From the NCBI RefSeq assembly GCF_009914755.1, contig NC_060932.1: DNA of 64,000 nucleotides. One strand, given 5' to 3'. This document shows, piece after piece, positions 28,888-44,295 of this stretch (the first letter of the stretch is position 1; each line of letters opens with the position of its first letter). The position numbers and the translations under genes are program-made. The stretch is from the human T2T-CHM13v2.0 reference genome, Homo sapiens. Under the pieces are notes generated by a model that was given only the letters and a program-made list of their open reading frames with translations, did no database searches and was not told the DNA's origin.

Positions 28888-30536
28888 AGAAAGTGCTTTG
28901 AAACTCTTACATGAAACAAATGATATAGCTCATGTCTTCTTTTGATCAAATTTGTTGTTATAATTACATTTGTTGAAAAAAAATAAGGGAAATATTCTAT
29001 TATAGTTCTCATTAGACTTAGCATTAATAATTTGTCTCTTGAAATTATCAAATAAATGGTTTAAGGATTGTAATATTTTACATTCTTACTGTTTTATATA
29101 TTCTTTGCTTGTCTTGCTCTTTGACGTAATTATTCTAAAAGGTGAAAGATTATACATTTTAAACTTGAAACAGTTAATAAGATAAAATCTAATATGAGAT
29201 GCATGACTTTTGAATGTGGTTGGTGCAAAAACAAAATCCATGGTTCTTTTAACCTTCTACCTTGAGCATATGGAATGTATAATAAAACACGATATGACCA
29301 GAGTTGGAATTAGGGCATCCTTTTCTTCTTAACATTTGCTCTTTTGAAAAAGGAAAGGTAAAACACATTTTTTTAAAGGACAAAGAGACTCTGTAAGAAA
29401 TTTTTAGTTGGATGTCCCTTCATTTAAACCCATCCAATTATTCTGTCTATGCCAAGGTGTCATATGAATTTAGTCCTTTTACAACTTGCTTTTTGGGGAA
29501 ACACTAGATACGATACTTATTCTTATTTATCTACATATATATATAAATTGTAGTATATGCACTATTTTAAATTATTTATAAGATTGCTCCTTAGGCCCTG
29601 GAAATTTCCTAGGACATTTCTAAAAAGTGAGAGTGAGAGGCTGCCTGAGCTTTGAGTATTTAGCCTGTCTGATGGGACTGCTGCCATGAGTGACAATTAG
29701 TACAAATTACCATAATTGTGTTCTTTGGATAAAATGCCACATCACTTCTTTAGGAGCAAATGCAGTTTCTACTTATTAAAATGAGTTGGTTACTTTGATT
29801 CTTTAGAGGCAGTCAGAAATTCACAATCAGCCCAGTGGTATTCCCATGTAGTCCACTTCAGATCGGTCTGAACAACTCCAGCCCTCCCTTTCCTTTCAAT
29901 AAAATAGGTCCATTAATGTAGCGCACCTCACTCTCATTCTCTCCAAGGGAGTTGTATTTTTATTACTGAAAAAGTATCACATAAATACAAATTACATTTT
30001 TTCATTAGAAAACCACTTTTCATTTCAGAAAAAATTCAATTAATTATGAATAGGGTTATGCTTTCATCAGGGAGAGAAATATGTAATTTTTCTTCAAGCC
30101 TCAAACACATATAATGAAATCTTTTCTCAGAATCCACTCTTAAGATGGATTTTTAAAAGTATAGACTTTATTAAAATCTCAGTTCAATTAAAATGCATTC
30201 AATTACTTTAAATCTTTATTAAAATCTCAGGTAAAATTGTACAACAGTGTAAAAGAGACTTGTACTCTTTACCAGATAGTTAATTCTAACAAATGAACAT
30301 AAAGTGCACAGTTTTGCTCTTAAAGAGCGAATCAAAAAAATAAGTTTGGGGCTTGAGGTTGGGGGTGGGGACGCAATGGAGATGCAGGTTGCTTTCTGTG
30401 TTATAACTTCTGACACTGGTTTCCTTGGATCTTTCATCATAGGTCATTGTTTCTTGTATATACGGATGTGGCATTATCTTTTGTGAGTCCCCTTGGTGGT
30501 ACTACTTAGAGTATATTATTTTTCTCACCACTGTAA

Positions 30537-30785
<249 letters not shown>

Positions 30786-33247
30786 TGATGGTTGGATGTA
30801 ATATGTGAGTCCACTTAAATGATTTTGTAATGTTTTAAAAAAATGCATAATAGTCCTCAGAGTGCTGACACATAATTCAGCCGTCTGAAAATAAGTGCAG
30901 ATTTTTTTAAACATAAAATTTTATTTCGAGGGACATGAGTAACTCCACTCTAATAACCAGTAATTTTTTATATTGAAACAAATATTTTCATGTTGATTGG
31001 CCAATTAACTATGCACATTCTTCATGTTATTGGCCAATTAACTGTGATATATTTAATGTTGATCATTTATTCATTCATTCTTTCAACAAGAATTTATTGA
31101 ATGTTAATTGTTTGCAAGGCACTAAATTAGGCATTAAATATTAGCACTGAATGAGTCAGAGAGTTCTCAACTAAGGTTCCATCTCATTCCTTTTGAAAAC
31201 CGAATGCTTTAGGTGTTTAATGTTGACTTTCAACGGTGAGGATGGTGCTGTGGGGATATTGTCAAATAAAAAAATATACATTCTTTCTCCATTCTAGATA
31301 CTTTTTTGACACATTAACAATATAATCCAAGAAGCACTTGAGACATATCACAGCTTATTTCCAGCCATGACTTGGAGCCAGATGGCCTTGCCAGTGACTG
31401 TGTTCTCATGGAGCATATATACTCATTTGTTTACTTTTTTCATAAGTCAGTTTAAGGTTCCTCATGATTCTTATATATTTATTTTTATCAGATTGTTTTG
31501 CAAGTCTTTTATCTCCTCCTGCACCAATGTACCGTTTTCACAAATGCTTGGATCACTTTCTTGGTTTAGAACAGCTGCTTTTGCAGAGGGCTTGACTGGA
31601 AGTGTATGTTTCTGTATGTCTGTCTGTGTTTGTGTATGCACCATTTTTATTCAGACATGTTTGTTTTTTATGCAGATAAATATAATAAAGTGGACTTTTG
31701 TGTGTGTGTATGTTTGAATTTGTTAATCAGACTTCATAGTCTCAAATCAAGAGTGCCAATGTAGCTTCTCAAAAAAATGTCAATTCACATATCTTGGTGG
31801 CCATGTATATATTTAATCATTAAAAGTTCCAGTATCATTTTCTCTTGTTGATGGTGTCAACAAAAAAAGTCAGAAACAAAAGATGTCAGTCAGCTCCCAT
31901 CCCTGTGGTCAGTAGAACCCCTGGCTCTAAAACTTTGGAAACAGAATGGCACCTGGACACACTGAAATTCAAAAAACCTCCTTAACCATGTAGACCTCAA
32001 GATAACTTGTAGCATGGTCCTTGTCTCCTACATCAGAGATTTTTAATTGAAAATGAGAAAAGTATGAACAGAATAGCCTTTTTTCCTAGTGTTGACTCAG
32101 ATTTCAAGCCAAATTAATATTTTCCTTAGTTGCTAGAACCATTAAATTGATGATATGTAGCCATGGCAATAAATCTAAGCTGTCTGGAGATGGATAATTT
32201 TTAAATTTATGTTTGAAGACATCTCAATTTTTTTTCTTATTAGGAAATACATCCTTTTGTGCATTGTAGAAGACCTACCTTATGTTGTGATGTTGCAATA
32301 AAGAGAGGAATTGAGAGTTAGAAGGTGAATAAAAGAGTTAACGTATGGATTTATACCTTTTGTCAATTTAATTCATCCAGGAAGGCAGTATGATAGGTAC
32401 TACTGTATGAATTGCAAATTTTGGGACGATCTCTGGTTAAGGGCTATGTTTAATGAAAGAGTAAGGGTTCTTTACTCTTACTCTTTCATTAAACTTTTCA
32501 TTAAACTTTCAAAGAAAGTTTTAAGGTAGTAATTTCCTGGGAGAAAATAGATTTATGGCAAATGCTTACATGAGGATGTAACTATGGTCTTAGGACAGTC
32601 ACTCCAGCTATACTAATCAGAGTCTTAACTCATGAAAAATAATGACAGACTTTTAGGAATTAAGAAAAAACATTAAATTACAATTGTTCTGAACAAGATT
32701 CAGTAGATATTATTATTAATTTTTTTATAAACAGTTGGAAAAATGTTTAATGTCAGATGTACACAAAATAATATTTAGTATATGATATAGAGACCATATT
32801 AAATAATATGTAACATATATGTATTATAAGATAATTCTGTAATGTTTAATTTGAAAGTAGAAGGTCATAATGGGTGGGAATAACAATTCCTGTTTTCACA
32901 TGATATTTTTCAGGATAAATAGTAATATTACTATTGATAGGAAAAGAATTTCATTATTTTACTCTTGCAGAATGTGTGACCAGGGAATTCCCACTGAAGT
33001 CAGTTGGAACTGGTAGAAAAGAAAGACAACTCTTTGATAGATTTTTCATCCCTTGAGGTCATGCAAGGAGTGCTATCCATTCTTCACTTAAGTTGATGAG
33101 CTACAATGGAAAGAGAATATTTTCTCTCTGGAAAATTAGAAACTAATCTTTCTGTTGAAATTCTCAATTTTTCTCAGTGACGCATAATTATGTTTTATTG
33201 CCAATTGTGAGGAAGAGGACAGATTAGCAATTAAAAGAGTAGAAGTT

Positions 33248-33544
<297 letters not shown>

Positions 33545-33630
33545 GGTAGAAGTATTTAAATGGTTAACAATGCCAGTGTCATTACTGGAAAAGCAAATAA
33601 GACATGTTCCTCTGAAGAAAAGTATTTTTA

Positions 33631-33943
33631 GGCCGGGCGCGATGGCTGACGCCTGTAATCCAAGCACTTTGGGAGGCTGAGGCAGGCGGATCACCTGAGG
33701 TCAGGAGTTTGTGACCATCCTGGCCAATGTGGCGAAACCCCATCTCTACTAAAATACAAAAATTAACTGGGTGTGGTGGTGGGTGCCTGTAGTCCCAGCT
33801 ACTCGGGAGGCTGAGGCAGACAGAATTGCTTGAACCCGGGAGGTGGTGGAGGTTACAGACAGCCGAGATTGAGCCACTGCATGCCCGCCTGGGCAACAGA
33901 GCAAGACTCCGTCTCAAAAAGAAAATAATAATAATAATAATAA
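33631..33943 (+). mobile_element. AluS with (AAT)n tail
   Basis: ggccgggcgc...cacctgaggtcaggagt...gactccgtctcaaaaa. Confidence 0.93.
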
Positions 33944-35482
33944 TATCTTGGGTTCATTAATGAAACTTTTTTTTGCACATAGTTTAAATCATTTATGACA
34001 ATTTAAAAATTGTTGATATTTACTGGAAAATACATTGGATTATTTGGAAGTTTCTTGGTCTAAAGGCTACCCATGACCAAAATTTACCTGTTACCTAGTT
34101 AATTATATGGGTCCCAAGCATAAAAATTTTGTAAATTGAATGTTTTTTTCTTGTTAAACAAAGGATATCTTAAAAGTTCAGATCAAAAAATGTGGCTAGA
34201 AGGTCTAAGTTCTCCAAACAAGAAATTTTGACACATTATCAGGGGAGCATACTGAGGATAAACATAGAGTTACTACATATATTTAGTCATATTTTAGCAA
34301 CTGCATTTTATATAAAACCAATCATATGTTATCATAACTTTTTAAAAGAAAAACTACATTTCTGAAGACATAGCTTATTATAAAGTTTCTGCTTCCTTTT
34401 GAAATTGAGCATTTCTATTATACAGGATATTTTCAGTGATGAACTAAAATTATAGTTCTTCAATGGCTCTTACTATTGTAACATTTTTCTCAGTTCCACA
34501 CTGATATTATCTATGTTCTTGCTGAAGGGCAAGTTTTTCTAGTCTCAAAGTTGCATTTACTAATATTAGTAAAGTTTCTAGTTATTATAAACCATGTGAT
34601 TAAATAAGACCCAAATCACTCTTATAATGTAAGATTCCACAGAAATGTCCGAGATTGTTGGTCAGAATTTTATGTTAGCATTAATGTATAAAATTCTTAA
34701 TTATATAAGTCCATCTCAGAGATACCCTTGTTATAGTTGCATGCTTAAAATTTGAACCTGGCAATTCTATTGGCATTTCCTATGTCTCTTTTTATTTTGG
34801 ATTAATTGCACATTTCATGTTCCTATTTTTCATTTCTTTGAAATGAAATGAACTATGTTGATAAAAAGATGCTATTTGAAATTTACTTTGATACCTTTAG
34901 ATTTTAAACATTTTAACAAAATATAAAGCAATACTTTCAATTTACATTGTCATCTTTTGTTTATGAGTTTAGAGTACGTGGCATCTTGCCTTACAGTATC
35001 TCTGGGAGGAAGAAAACAAGCAAAATTATTTCCTTGAATTTATAGATGATGAAGACATCAAGACTCAGTCCATAAGTGCTACATATTTCCTGTGGTACTG
35101 AAATTTTCGTTTCAGTTATTTTGTCTGCCTTTCTTCTGGTTTATGTGCCAGACATGGAAGTACATCAGTATATTTGTAGAACTAAGCAAACCAATATGAA
35201 CAGAAATATAGGTGGTCTGGAAAGCAACCTTGGGAGTTTGTAGTTATGTCACTACTGGCAGGTGGGAATGCCTATATATGAGCAATTCTTGGATGAACTC
35301 AAAGACAGTGAGTTTCAGAGTGGGATTGGCGTGGAGCAGTTCTAATTAATAATTGTAAAGTGAAATAAACATGTTTTGGGATAAATTCCAGGAGAATGTC
35401 ACAAAATATGTGAACAGGAAGAATCAGATCAATGTCACTGGTTGCTAGTAGAATGTAATGCTATATAAAAAAAGATAACTCA

Positions 35483-35640
35483 GGTGAGGGGGGTGAGGGA
35501 TAAAAGACTACACACTGGGAACAGTGTACGCTGCTCAAGTGATGGGTGCACCAAAATCTCAGACATCACCACTGAAGAATTTATTCATGAAACCAAACAC
35601 CACCTGTTCCCCCAAAACGTATTGAATTACAAAAAACAAA
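35483..35640 (+). mobile_element. L1PB-type 3' end fragment
   Basis: ggtgagggataaaagactacac...gtgatgggtgcaccaaaatctcag..atcaccact. The sequence aaagataac on both flanks is a probable TSD. Confidence 0.85.
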
Positions 35641-38144
35641 GATAACCCCAAAGAAACTACATGTAAGTCAACTTTGAATTATCTACAATGATTATCTAGA
35701 AAAGTTAAAAAGCGTCCTTACAAATTGTTTGCTGATGTTATGATTTTAAAATAAAGGCCAGAAGGGAAAATGATGCTATCAAAGTTGCTTTGGGAAGACG
35801 AAAAATCTTTATGCCTCTTCCTTGCATCTAGATATGAAGAATGGTCAGAGACATTCTTGGGTATAATAATGCCCTAGAGAAATGAACTAAAATTAGACCT
35901 CTTCAGTCTGGAAATACTAGGTTTAAAAAGAGGGGTCATGATGGAAATACACAAAATAAGGAAAGATATATGGTGTAACAATGGAAATTCTCACTACATT
36001 CAAAAAGAGTCCACATAGTGTGCAGAAAGCAAAGGTTATTTTAAAGATTCTTTAACATAAAAAATGTAAAGCATATTAAAGAAAATAGAATAAAAACCTG
36101 GGTTATTCAGACTTGGATTTAATGTTAGCCCCATAAGTAATTAATACCAATTGAAAGCAAACATAATCAGATACTTAATAGGACTGGCAGAAACTTTCAC
36201 TCCTGTTCACTAGGTCAAATTCAATACAACTCAACCCATATATTAAGCATCTGCTTTTTGCCAGACCTTCTTCTCAGAACTGGGATACAGCCTTAGGCAA
36301 AAGTCAGTCCCCACTCTCAGGAGGAGAGAGAGAGAGGCAATAAACAATTGAATCACATTTTATAAAGTTCGGTGAGATAGAGGATCATGAGGAAAAATAA
36401 AGCAGGCAAAGTTGGTAGAGTGTAATAGTGTGCACACACATGCTATTTCATAAAGAGCGATGGGGAAGGTGAACTTTGACTGGAGACTTGAGAGAAAGGA
36501 ATGAGCTTCCAGTACTGAGTCAAGTCTGCAGTACCTATGAGGTTAGTGTTATAGGAAGCCAGAAGAGGACAGCAGAGAGCTGGGGAGCAGAAGAGGCACT
36601 GTCATACCTGTAGAACCTGCTGCTCTTGGAATCTGTTGGATTCCCACTACTATGGAAGCCTTCAGGAACAGAATTGTGGAAAGAAACTATAGTGTGTGAG
36701 CCACAGAAGAGAGTTGCGGTAAGACATGGCCACGACATAGTTTGTATACGCCTGGAGAAGAAAGGCCTGCAGAAAGGAAAGGTTAAGCAGGAAACTGAAA
36801 CAGGTAAAATGGGGAAGCTGTCAGGGGATACAGATAACTCCAATCAGAATTATCCCTGAAGCCAAGGGCTTGATGAGACTCCATCTGTAGCTCATTAATG
36901 TGGTTTCCAGAACAGCAGTTTGGGGGTGTCTGAGGATGATATGAGTCACTTTGTTCCCTTCCATAATAGCAGAGTTGGGTTTGTGTTTTCTATGTCTTTC
37001 CACATTCTTGAATTAGAAAGATCAAGAGGCAGAGAAGTAGAACCAGTTTCATCATCGTACTCAACTTCTTCTGCCGATAGGCATCCAGGCTCATTGAAAT
37101 GTTTCCCCCCTCCTCCCATCCTCCTTTCTTTCTGTTGGTTCCTGTAGTTTTGTGGCTTTGTTTAAAGATTAAGAAATAACAGAGGAAAAGCCATATTCCT
37201 CCTTGTTACCTGTAACAAATCTAAGTTAAGGTTATTGGCATTAATCCCTCCCTGCCCCTGGTCCCTGAATGTTAAGGTAAAGCAACAGAAGTTTTGTCTA
37301 GAGTCTTAATAACGAAAAGAATGCTTTTTTTAACTGTATCTTTATGCAGTTTTGGCTGTGGGAGTAGTAACCGTTGTTTTTCATTTGATCCCATGTCAAA
37401 CATCATAGTATTTTGTTTCCTGTTTTCTTATGTTCAGTTTATTATTACTTTTAGTTCAGAAAGTCTATTTTGCTATATTTTATAAATCCTTTCAATGAAC
37501 ATGCTTTCTTTCCTCCTTGGTTATGCCTTTAATGACATGTTTTTGCCTCCTCTGATGCTTGAGTAACTGGAATCAGAAACTGCATAAGACAGCTCTACCA
37601 TAATCACTTTGAGTTCAATAAGGAAGGGGACCTTTACAGGCAACTTTTTTCCTTTTTTCTTAACGGGATTAAGAAGCTCAGCTCTTTAAATTCTTGCATA
37701 TAACATTGACATTTCCAGGGTGTGTTTGGACCAGGGAGTTCAAAGAGAAGGAATAAAAAAGAAAAGCCAATATGACTTTGTTTTTTACCTTGCTGGAGGA
37801 ACTGTTTGTGCAAATCGCCTGTAAGCTTACTGACCTGAATCTTTGACTCCTTGTTTTCTCTGGATTTGGCTGGAGTGGAGACACTGATGGAGCACTGATA
37901 GGGCTGATTGAACAGCCCCCAGCTTTGCTTGGCAGGAACCTCCCTTCCCTTCTCCGCCACCTCCCCCTCCCTCCACATGACATTATTGTTCCTTGGCAGA
38001 GCCTCTGTTTTCCTGGATTCAGTACTTCTTCTTTTTCTTGAAATTTATTTTAAAATTATTAGTTTTTCTTAGGTAAATCATATAGCCATGCAAAATGAGA
38101 AGTAATACTTTTTAGAATGTAAAATTACAGGCTAGTGTCCTATA

Positions 38145-38470
<326 letters not shown>

Positions 38471-41400
38471 TCATGAGGTTGAAAAAATATATACCTTATG
38501 ACCTTGTGGCATCACTCTTTTATAGCCATCTTAAAAGTCCCAAAACATAGTTTTTGTTTGGAATGAGATTGATTTTTTTAAAAAACCACAATTGTTGGGA
38601 AAATGGGAGAGCATGCGAAGGAACTCTCTTCTTATGAGAGTAAACATATTCTTGGTTTTGATGGAATCGGAAGGTATACAAATTTGCTTCATGACTCAGT
38701 ATTCTATGTAAGGGTCAGATAAAGCTTTGTCTACTTACCTCATCTCTCATTTCAGATATATCATCATAACAGTTGCAACCAAATTAAAGTGATTAATTTT
38801 ATACAATGTTTGAAATGACCCATGGTCATTTATATGAGTAACATATGATAATATGTACTACTGTTTAGCATATGACAAACTAAATTCATTGTTCTTTCTG
38901 TGAGCTGGCCAACAGATCTCAACTGTGCAGTCTGCTAAAGATATTTTTGAGGCATGTTAAGCTTGATAAAAAGCTCTTAATCTTCTCACATAAATGTAGA
39001 TTTTCTTATTAATATGTAAAATTTTTCACAATGTTTTCATTATCATTTGAGAAGCAACAGGCAATATTAAAGTGTTTGCCCACCCATTACCTGATGGGAT
39101 ATCTTTATCTCTGGTAGGCCTAAACATAGACCGTGTAATGGGAAATGTAGAAAGCTGTGGTGCGATGAATTTAAGTATAGTAATAAACTCAGCCACTTTT
39201 TGTTGTCCTTAAAAGGTCAAGTAAAAATAACTGAATATGTTGCACCAATAAAGTAAATACTGATAAAGGATGCAGATTGCTGTTTCAGCTTCTTTTTTGT
39301 CATTCAGTGAGATTCCAGAGATTGGCATTAGGGCTATGTGCCAGTTACAATAATTTTAATAATGGTAATAACAACGTCCATTTGCTGACTGCTCCCAAAA
39401 GTCAGACATCTTCCTGTGTATGTATCATCTCTAATCAGCTTACTGTCCTACACGGTAGATGCTGTTTTTGCCTGTAACTTCCAGAGGCTCAGCAACTTGG
39501 CCAAAGTCAACAAAACTACTAAAGACTAACACAAAATTAAAACTTGCATTGTTGGTGCTTAATAAAAATAGAGAACTAATTTTGCTTCCTGATGTCCACT
39601 ATTATATAACTCTTGTAGAAGGAGGGAGAGGAAAACATCTGAAGAAGGTTAGATATATGAAGTATGAAGCTCACTTTTTCAAGGTATTTTTTAACTGGGC
39701 ATTTTCTAATAAACACTTACTGTACACGATGTGTCAGTCAAAAATAAGGGTGCTTACAAAACCAAATAAACAAAAAGGCTAACATAAATGAATTAGGGAT
39801 GTTCTTAAAATATTTCTATCTTTTGGTACTTCTTTAAAGACTGTCAGTATAAACCATTTTGTAATAAGAGGAGTTGAGGTTTTGATATAATGTAAGGGGC
39901 TATATTGAAAGCATGTTAGTCTCATTATACTAACTGAAATTATATTACCTTGTTTTAAAGACATTCAATAAGCTACAGTTTCTCACTGCCTGTTTCTTAT
40001 GATGTTGCTTTCAGGTAATTTGAAAGAGTGAGGACACACCAAAATGTGTGTATTTGGGCAGAAGCCAGTAATAAATGGCAGGAATGTTTACAAATCCATC
40101 AAAACTATTTGGATAAGAGCTTCAGCCTTGTAGAAATGTTTGCAAAGTGAACTCTTTAAAATAGTTTGACCTCAACACAAAATAAGACTAAATAAAAAAC
40201 GAAGAAAGGAAGGAAGGAAGAGGGGAAAAGGGCATTGTTTGCAGGGAAAGCTCTGGGCACTGTGAAAACTTTTCACTTTTCTGAAGGAAATGCAGTACAA
40301 CAGATGGTAAGAGTGGAAGTGAGATAAACATAGGAACTAGAAAAGTAAGCAGTGCATTCTAACAGGTTCTGTATCAAAGATCTGGAGAAGTAGAAAGATT
40401 AGACAAGGAACGGTTCTGAAACCTGACAGTGGCTGTATCTTACCAAGTCTTAGCACATAGCAGAGACGGAAAGTGGAATTGCACAGACAGTAGGCTGTGA
40501 TTATATTTTTCTGACAGAAAGGAAGGTCTCTTTAAGGATTATTTTTAATGATATAAATTTATCAAGCTGGAAATCTATCATACAGATATATCAAACACTT
40601 TGCTTACTATATATTTAACAACGCGATTTGATGTAATTTCTATTGTTGCTATATGATTAGCTCAAGACACTGTATTTTAGGTCTTACGTAAACTGTAATT
40701 TTTTTCAATGCAAATTATGGCCCAGGCAAGTTAGCCAATACTGAGAACCTATGTTACCTGTTTCTGGTCAGCATGGATATGTATATGTGGCCGTATGTGA
40801 TCATGCATGTATAGAGGCAGAAAGAGGACTACATAAAGAATTTTCTCATTTCTTAAAGATACAGTGACCTAAGAAGGAGTGACCTAAGAAGGGAAAGAAA
40901 ACGTGCACAAGTTAGACAAGGAAATATATATATATATATATATGGAAATAGTGTCAAACTTGGGCTGATTAAGGAAACAATGCATTCACTCCCAAGCTTC
41001 CTTATGGTAATGTGCATCATTCTAATGTGGAAACCACTCACCAGCACGCATCTGCCTCATTTAATCTGTGCATTCTGTACTCCTATATTCTGTATTGGTG
41101 GCTGACTCCTAAAGGGAATACCAAAATACAATAACTTTTAACGAGAAACAACAATTCTACAAAAATGCAAAGTGATACCAAAAAAAAAAAAAAATGGACA
41201 GGGAAAGTAGCTTATATGCTAAGGAAAACCCAACTCAGATGTGTTTTATTTACAATATTGGCAGTTGTGCTGGGTGACTTTTAAGGTGCCCCTAAAAATA
41301 TCAAATTATTAATAAAAGGAATGCATATTGAAAAATTATGTAGTATGCATCTTATTTTCACACTGTTAATTGTCAAATGTATTAGATGTATTCATTCACC

Positions 41401-42327
41401 TTTTTAGTTTATTTCACAATTGTTTAATTATTTTTCTAGCCAATGATAGACCTAGGACAGTTCAAAACAGTGTGGGACAATTCTGAAACTTGGATAATTC
41501 AAATAAATACTGGGTGTCGCTTCAGAATTCTGAGGCTCGTTTGACAGGGGTTTCTGAACACCTGAGCACTGGGGCAGTACGGTTTATCTGAGAAAGATAG
41601 TTCTGACCTTTACTGTGGTTACTATGAGGTTAATGAAGCTTAAACTTCAAAACTTCTCACTTGGACAGACTCCTCCCAAGGCCCTGCACCTAATTTTGTA
41701 GGTGGGACTTTGAATTCTTTTTCTTAAGGAGGCCCCCTGAATTGTATAAGCTTTGGTCCCCACCAAGCCTGAATCAACCCCTTTTAGTACCTGTAAGTGT
41801 TAGTGGTCTTCAAAGAAGACAACCAAGATCAAGAATGTTAAGTTTGTTTTCAACTTCCTAATTTGTTGGAAAACCAAACAGATTCACAAAAAGAGTTTGT
41901 GTTTATATTAGATACCTGAATTCCAAATCTATTATCATTATAGGATAAGTTACCCTTTGCCTAAAGAGACCACAGATATTCATGAAAAGCCTGATTTTGA
42001 AAGTGCTATGCTAAAAAATGAAGAGAGAGGGAAATAATTTCTACATTTCTGAAACTCTGGAAAATGCTGTGGGTATTATCTGTGTTTTTCTGGTGTTATC
42101 ACCAGCAGCCAAGAACCTGTTGCTGGCACTAAGGGAGGAGACGCTGTTGGAAGACCTTGTAGTAAAAATAGTCTGAATGCGTCTTGTGATAACTTATTTG
42201 GGACTGTCTCTGGTGTTGGAAGCTAGATGTGCATCTGAGTTAGAAGGAGGCTGATGGGACCTAGAATACTCTTTTTTACCCAGAGATGTGGAAACTCTGT
42301 TAGGATTAGGTGCAGCTGTTACAGTAG

Positions 42328-42686
<359 letters not shown>

Positions 42687-42879
42687 CACAACTTATTTTT
42701 ATGATGTGGTCCATGCTAAAAGAGAAGCCTCTGGTTTGTTGTCAAGTGGCCATATGCCCAACTCTAAATTACGTTACTATGGAGGGTTTACAGATTATAT
42801 AAAATGCATAGCTTTTATTTGCTTTGCTTGGTTATTAGAATAATTAATGAATGAAAGCATAATGGCAGTCAGTGCATTC

Positions 42880-43530
42880 AACATTCATGCGTTAGCTAAT
42901 CCAGTAAATATTTATTGAACACCTGCTATGTCAGACATGTGAGACATGCTGTGGATACAATGGTAAGTAAACACAGGGAAGGTCCTGGATATCGTAGAAT
43001 TTACCTTATAGTGGGGAGGCAGACATTAATAAAATAATCACTCAAATGGTTCAGGGTGGTTTGATCTAGTGAGGAAGGTCAGAGAAAATGTCTGTAAGAA
43101 TGCGACACTTGGCCAGGCATGGTGGCTCACACCTGTAATCCCGGCACTTTGGGAGGCCAAGGTGGGAGGATTGCTTGAGTCCAGGAGTTTGACACCAGGT
43201 TGGCAACATAGGGAGACCTCATCTCTATAAAAAATAACAAACAGAAAACCTAGCAGGGCATGGTGGTGCATACCTGTGGCCCCAGCTACTTGGGAGGCTA
43301 AGGTAGAAGAGTTGCTTGGGCCTGGGAGTTTGAGGCCACAGTGAGCCGTGATAGTACCATACCACTGTTCAGACTGGGTGACAGAGCAAGACTGTGTCTC
43401 AAAAAAAAGAAAAAGAATGTGACACTTAAGCTGGAGTAGAAGTTGGCGAGGCATTAACTAGGCAAAAAAAGGTCATAGAGTTTCAGGTAGAGGGAACAGC
43501 ATTTGAGCGACACCAGCCTGGTGAGCATGC
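42880..43530. mobile_element. L2 fragment split by an AluJ
   Basis: aaatatttattgaacacctgctatg...gtggggaggcagacatt lies before the Alu and caggtagagggaacagcat after it. Confidence 0.6.
43111..43412 (+). mobile_element. AluJ with 15-bp TSD
   Basis: gggaggattgcttgag..caggagttt J diagnostics. TSD aagaatg(c/t)gacactt at 43096-43110 and 43413-43427. Confidence 0.92.
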
Positions 43531-44295
43531 AAGGAGAGCAATAGAGACGGGTGTGAGTTGGGCCAGAGAGACCAGGAAGGACAATGATCATAAGGCTAAG
43601 GACAGGAAATAGTAGAGACGAAGCATAAAGAGGAAGATAAATGTTCTGAAAGCTGAAATATGAAATTGCAAATCTGAGCTTTCCATAAGCCATAGTAGAG
43701 AGAGAAAATGGAAGAGGAAGATAATTCCAGTGATCAAGCAGGAGGAAAAAAACAGGATTTGTCAGGAGAAAGAAATGTTAGCCCTTATTTGTGAGCTCTG
43801 AGAGTCATTCATCATTAGAGTGTTTGAACTAGTGTTATATAAAGGGCATTCAGATATGGAACGATGCCTTTGTTAGGCCTATGCGTTCTCTATTGGCTAC
43901 TTCTCCAGCCTTAGCATTTTGAATGTGTAGCTTAAATAAGGTCCTATTTAACAATACAATGGAATACTTTGATAATGAGTGATTGCTTACAAATAATATT
44001 CTTAAATAAACACGGAGGCCGACAAACAGAAGGGAAAGTGGTTTCTTGCTAGCAGAACAATAGAATTGTGATGGGGTTATAGTACAGAATATCCTCATTT
44101 AGAGACCATAAGGTGTTACTGTGTCTCTTCTTTGGAACAAGAAATGTCTTAGCTATTTAGAATCTTCCTCTGATGGGAATGATATTAGATACAGTGAGAC
44201 TTTTTGAAGGGAAGGTAGGGGAAGGGATAATAAAAATTATTTAAATATAAGCTTTGAAATATAAATTTTAGAAACATAGTTTAAAATAGAATGTC

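Noticed and set aside
41620-41782. Possible old hAT-type DNA transposon fragment
   Set aside because: The resemblance is only vague and I cannot support a family call without a Dfam search.
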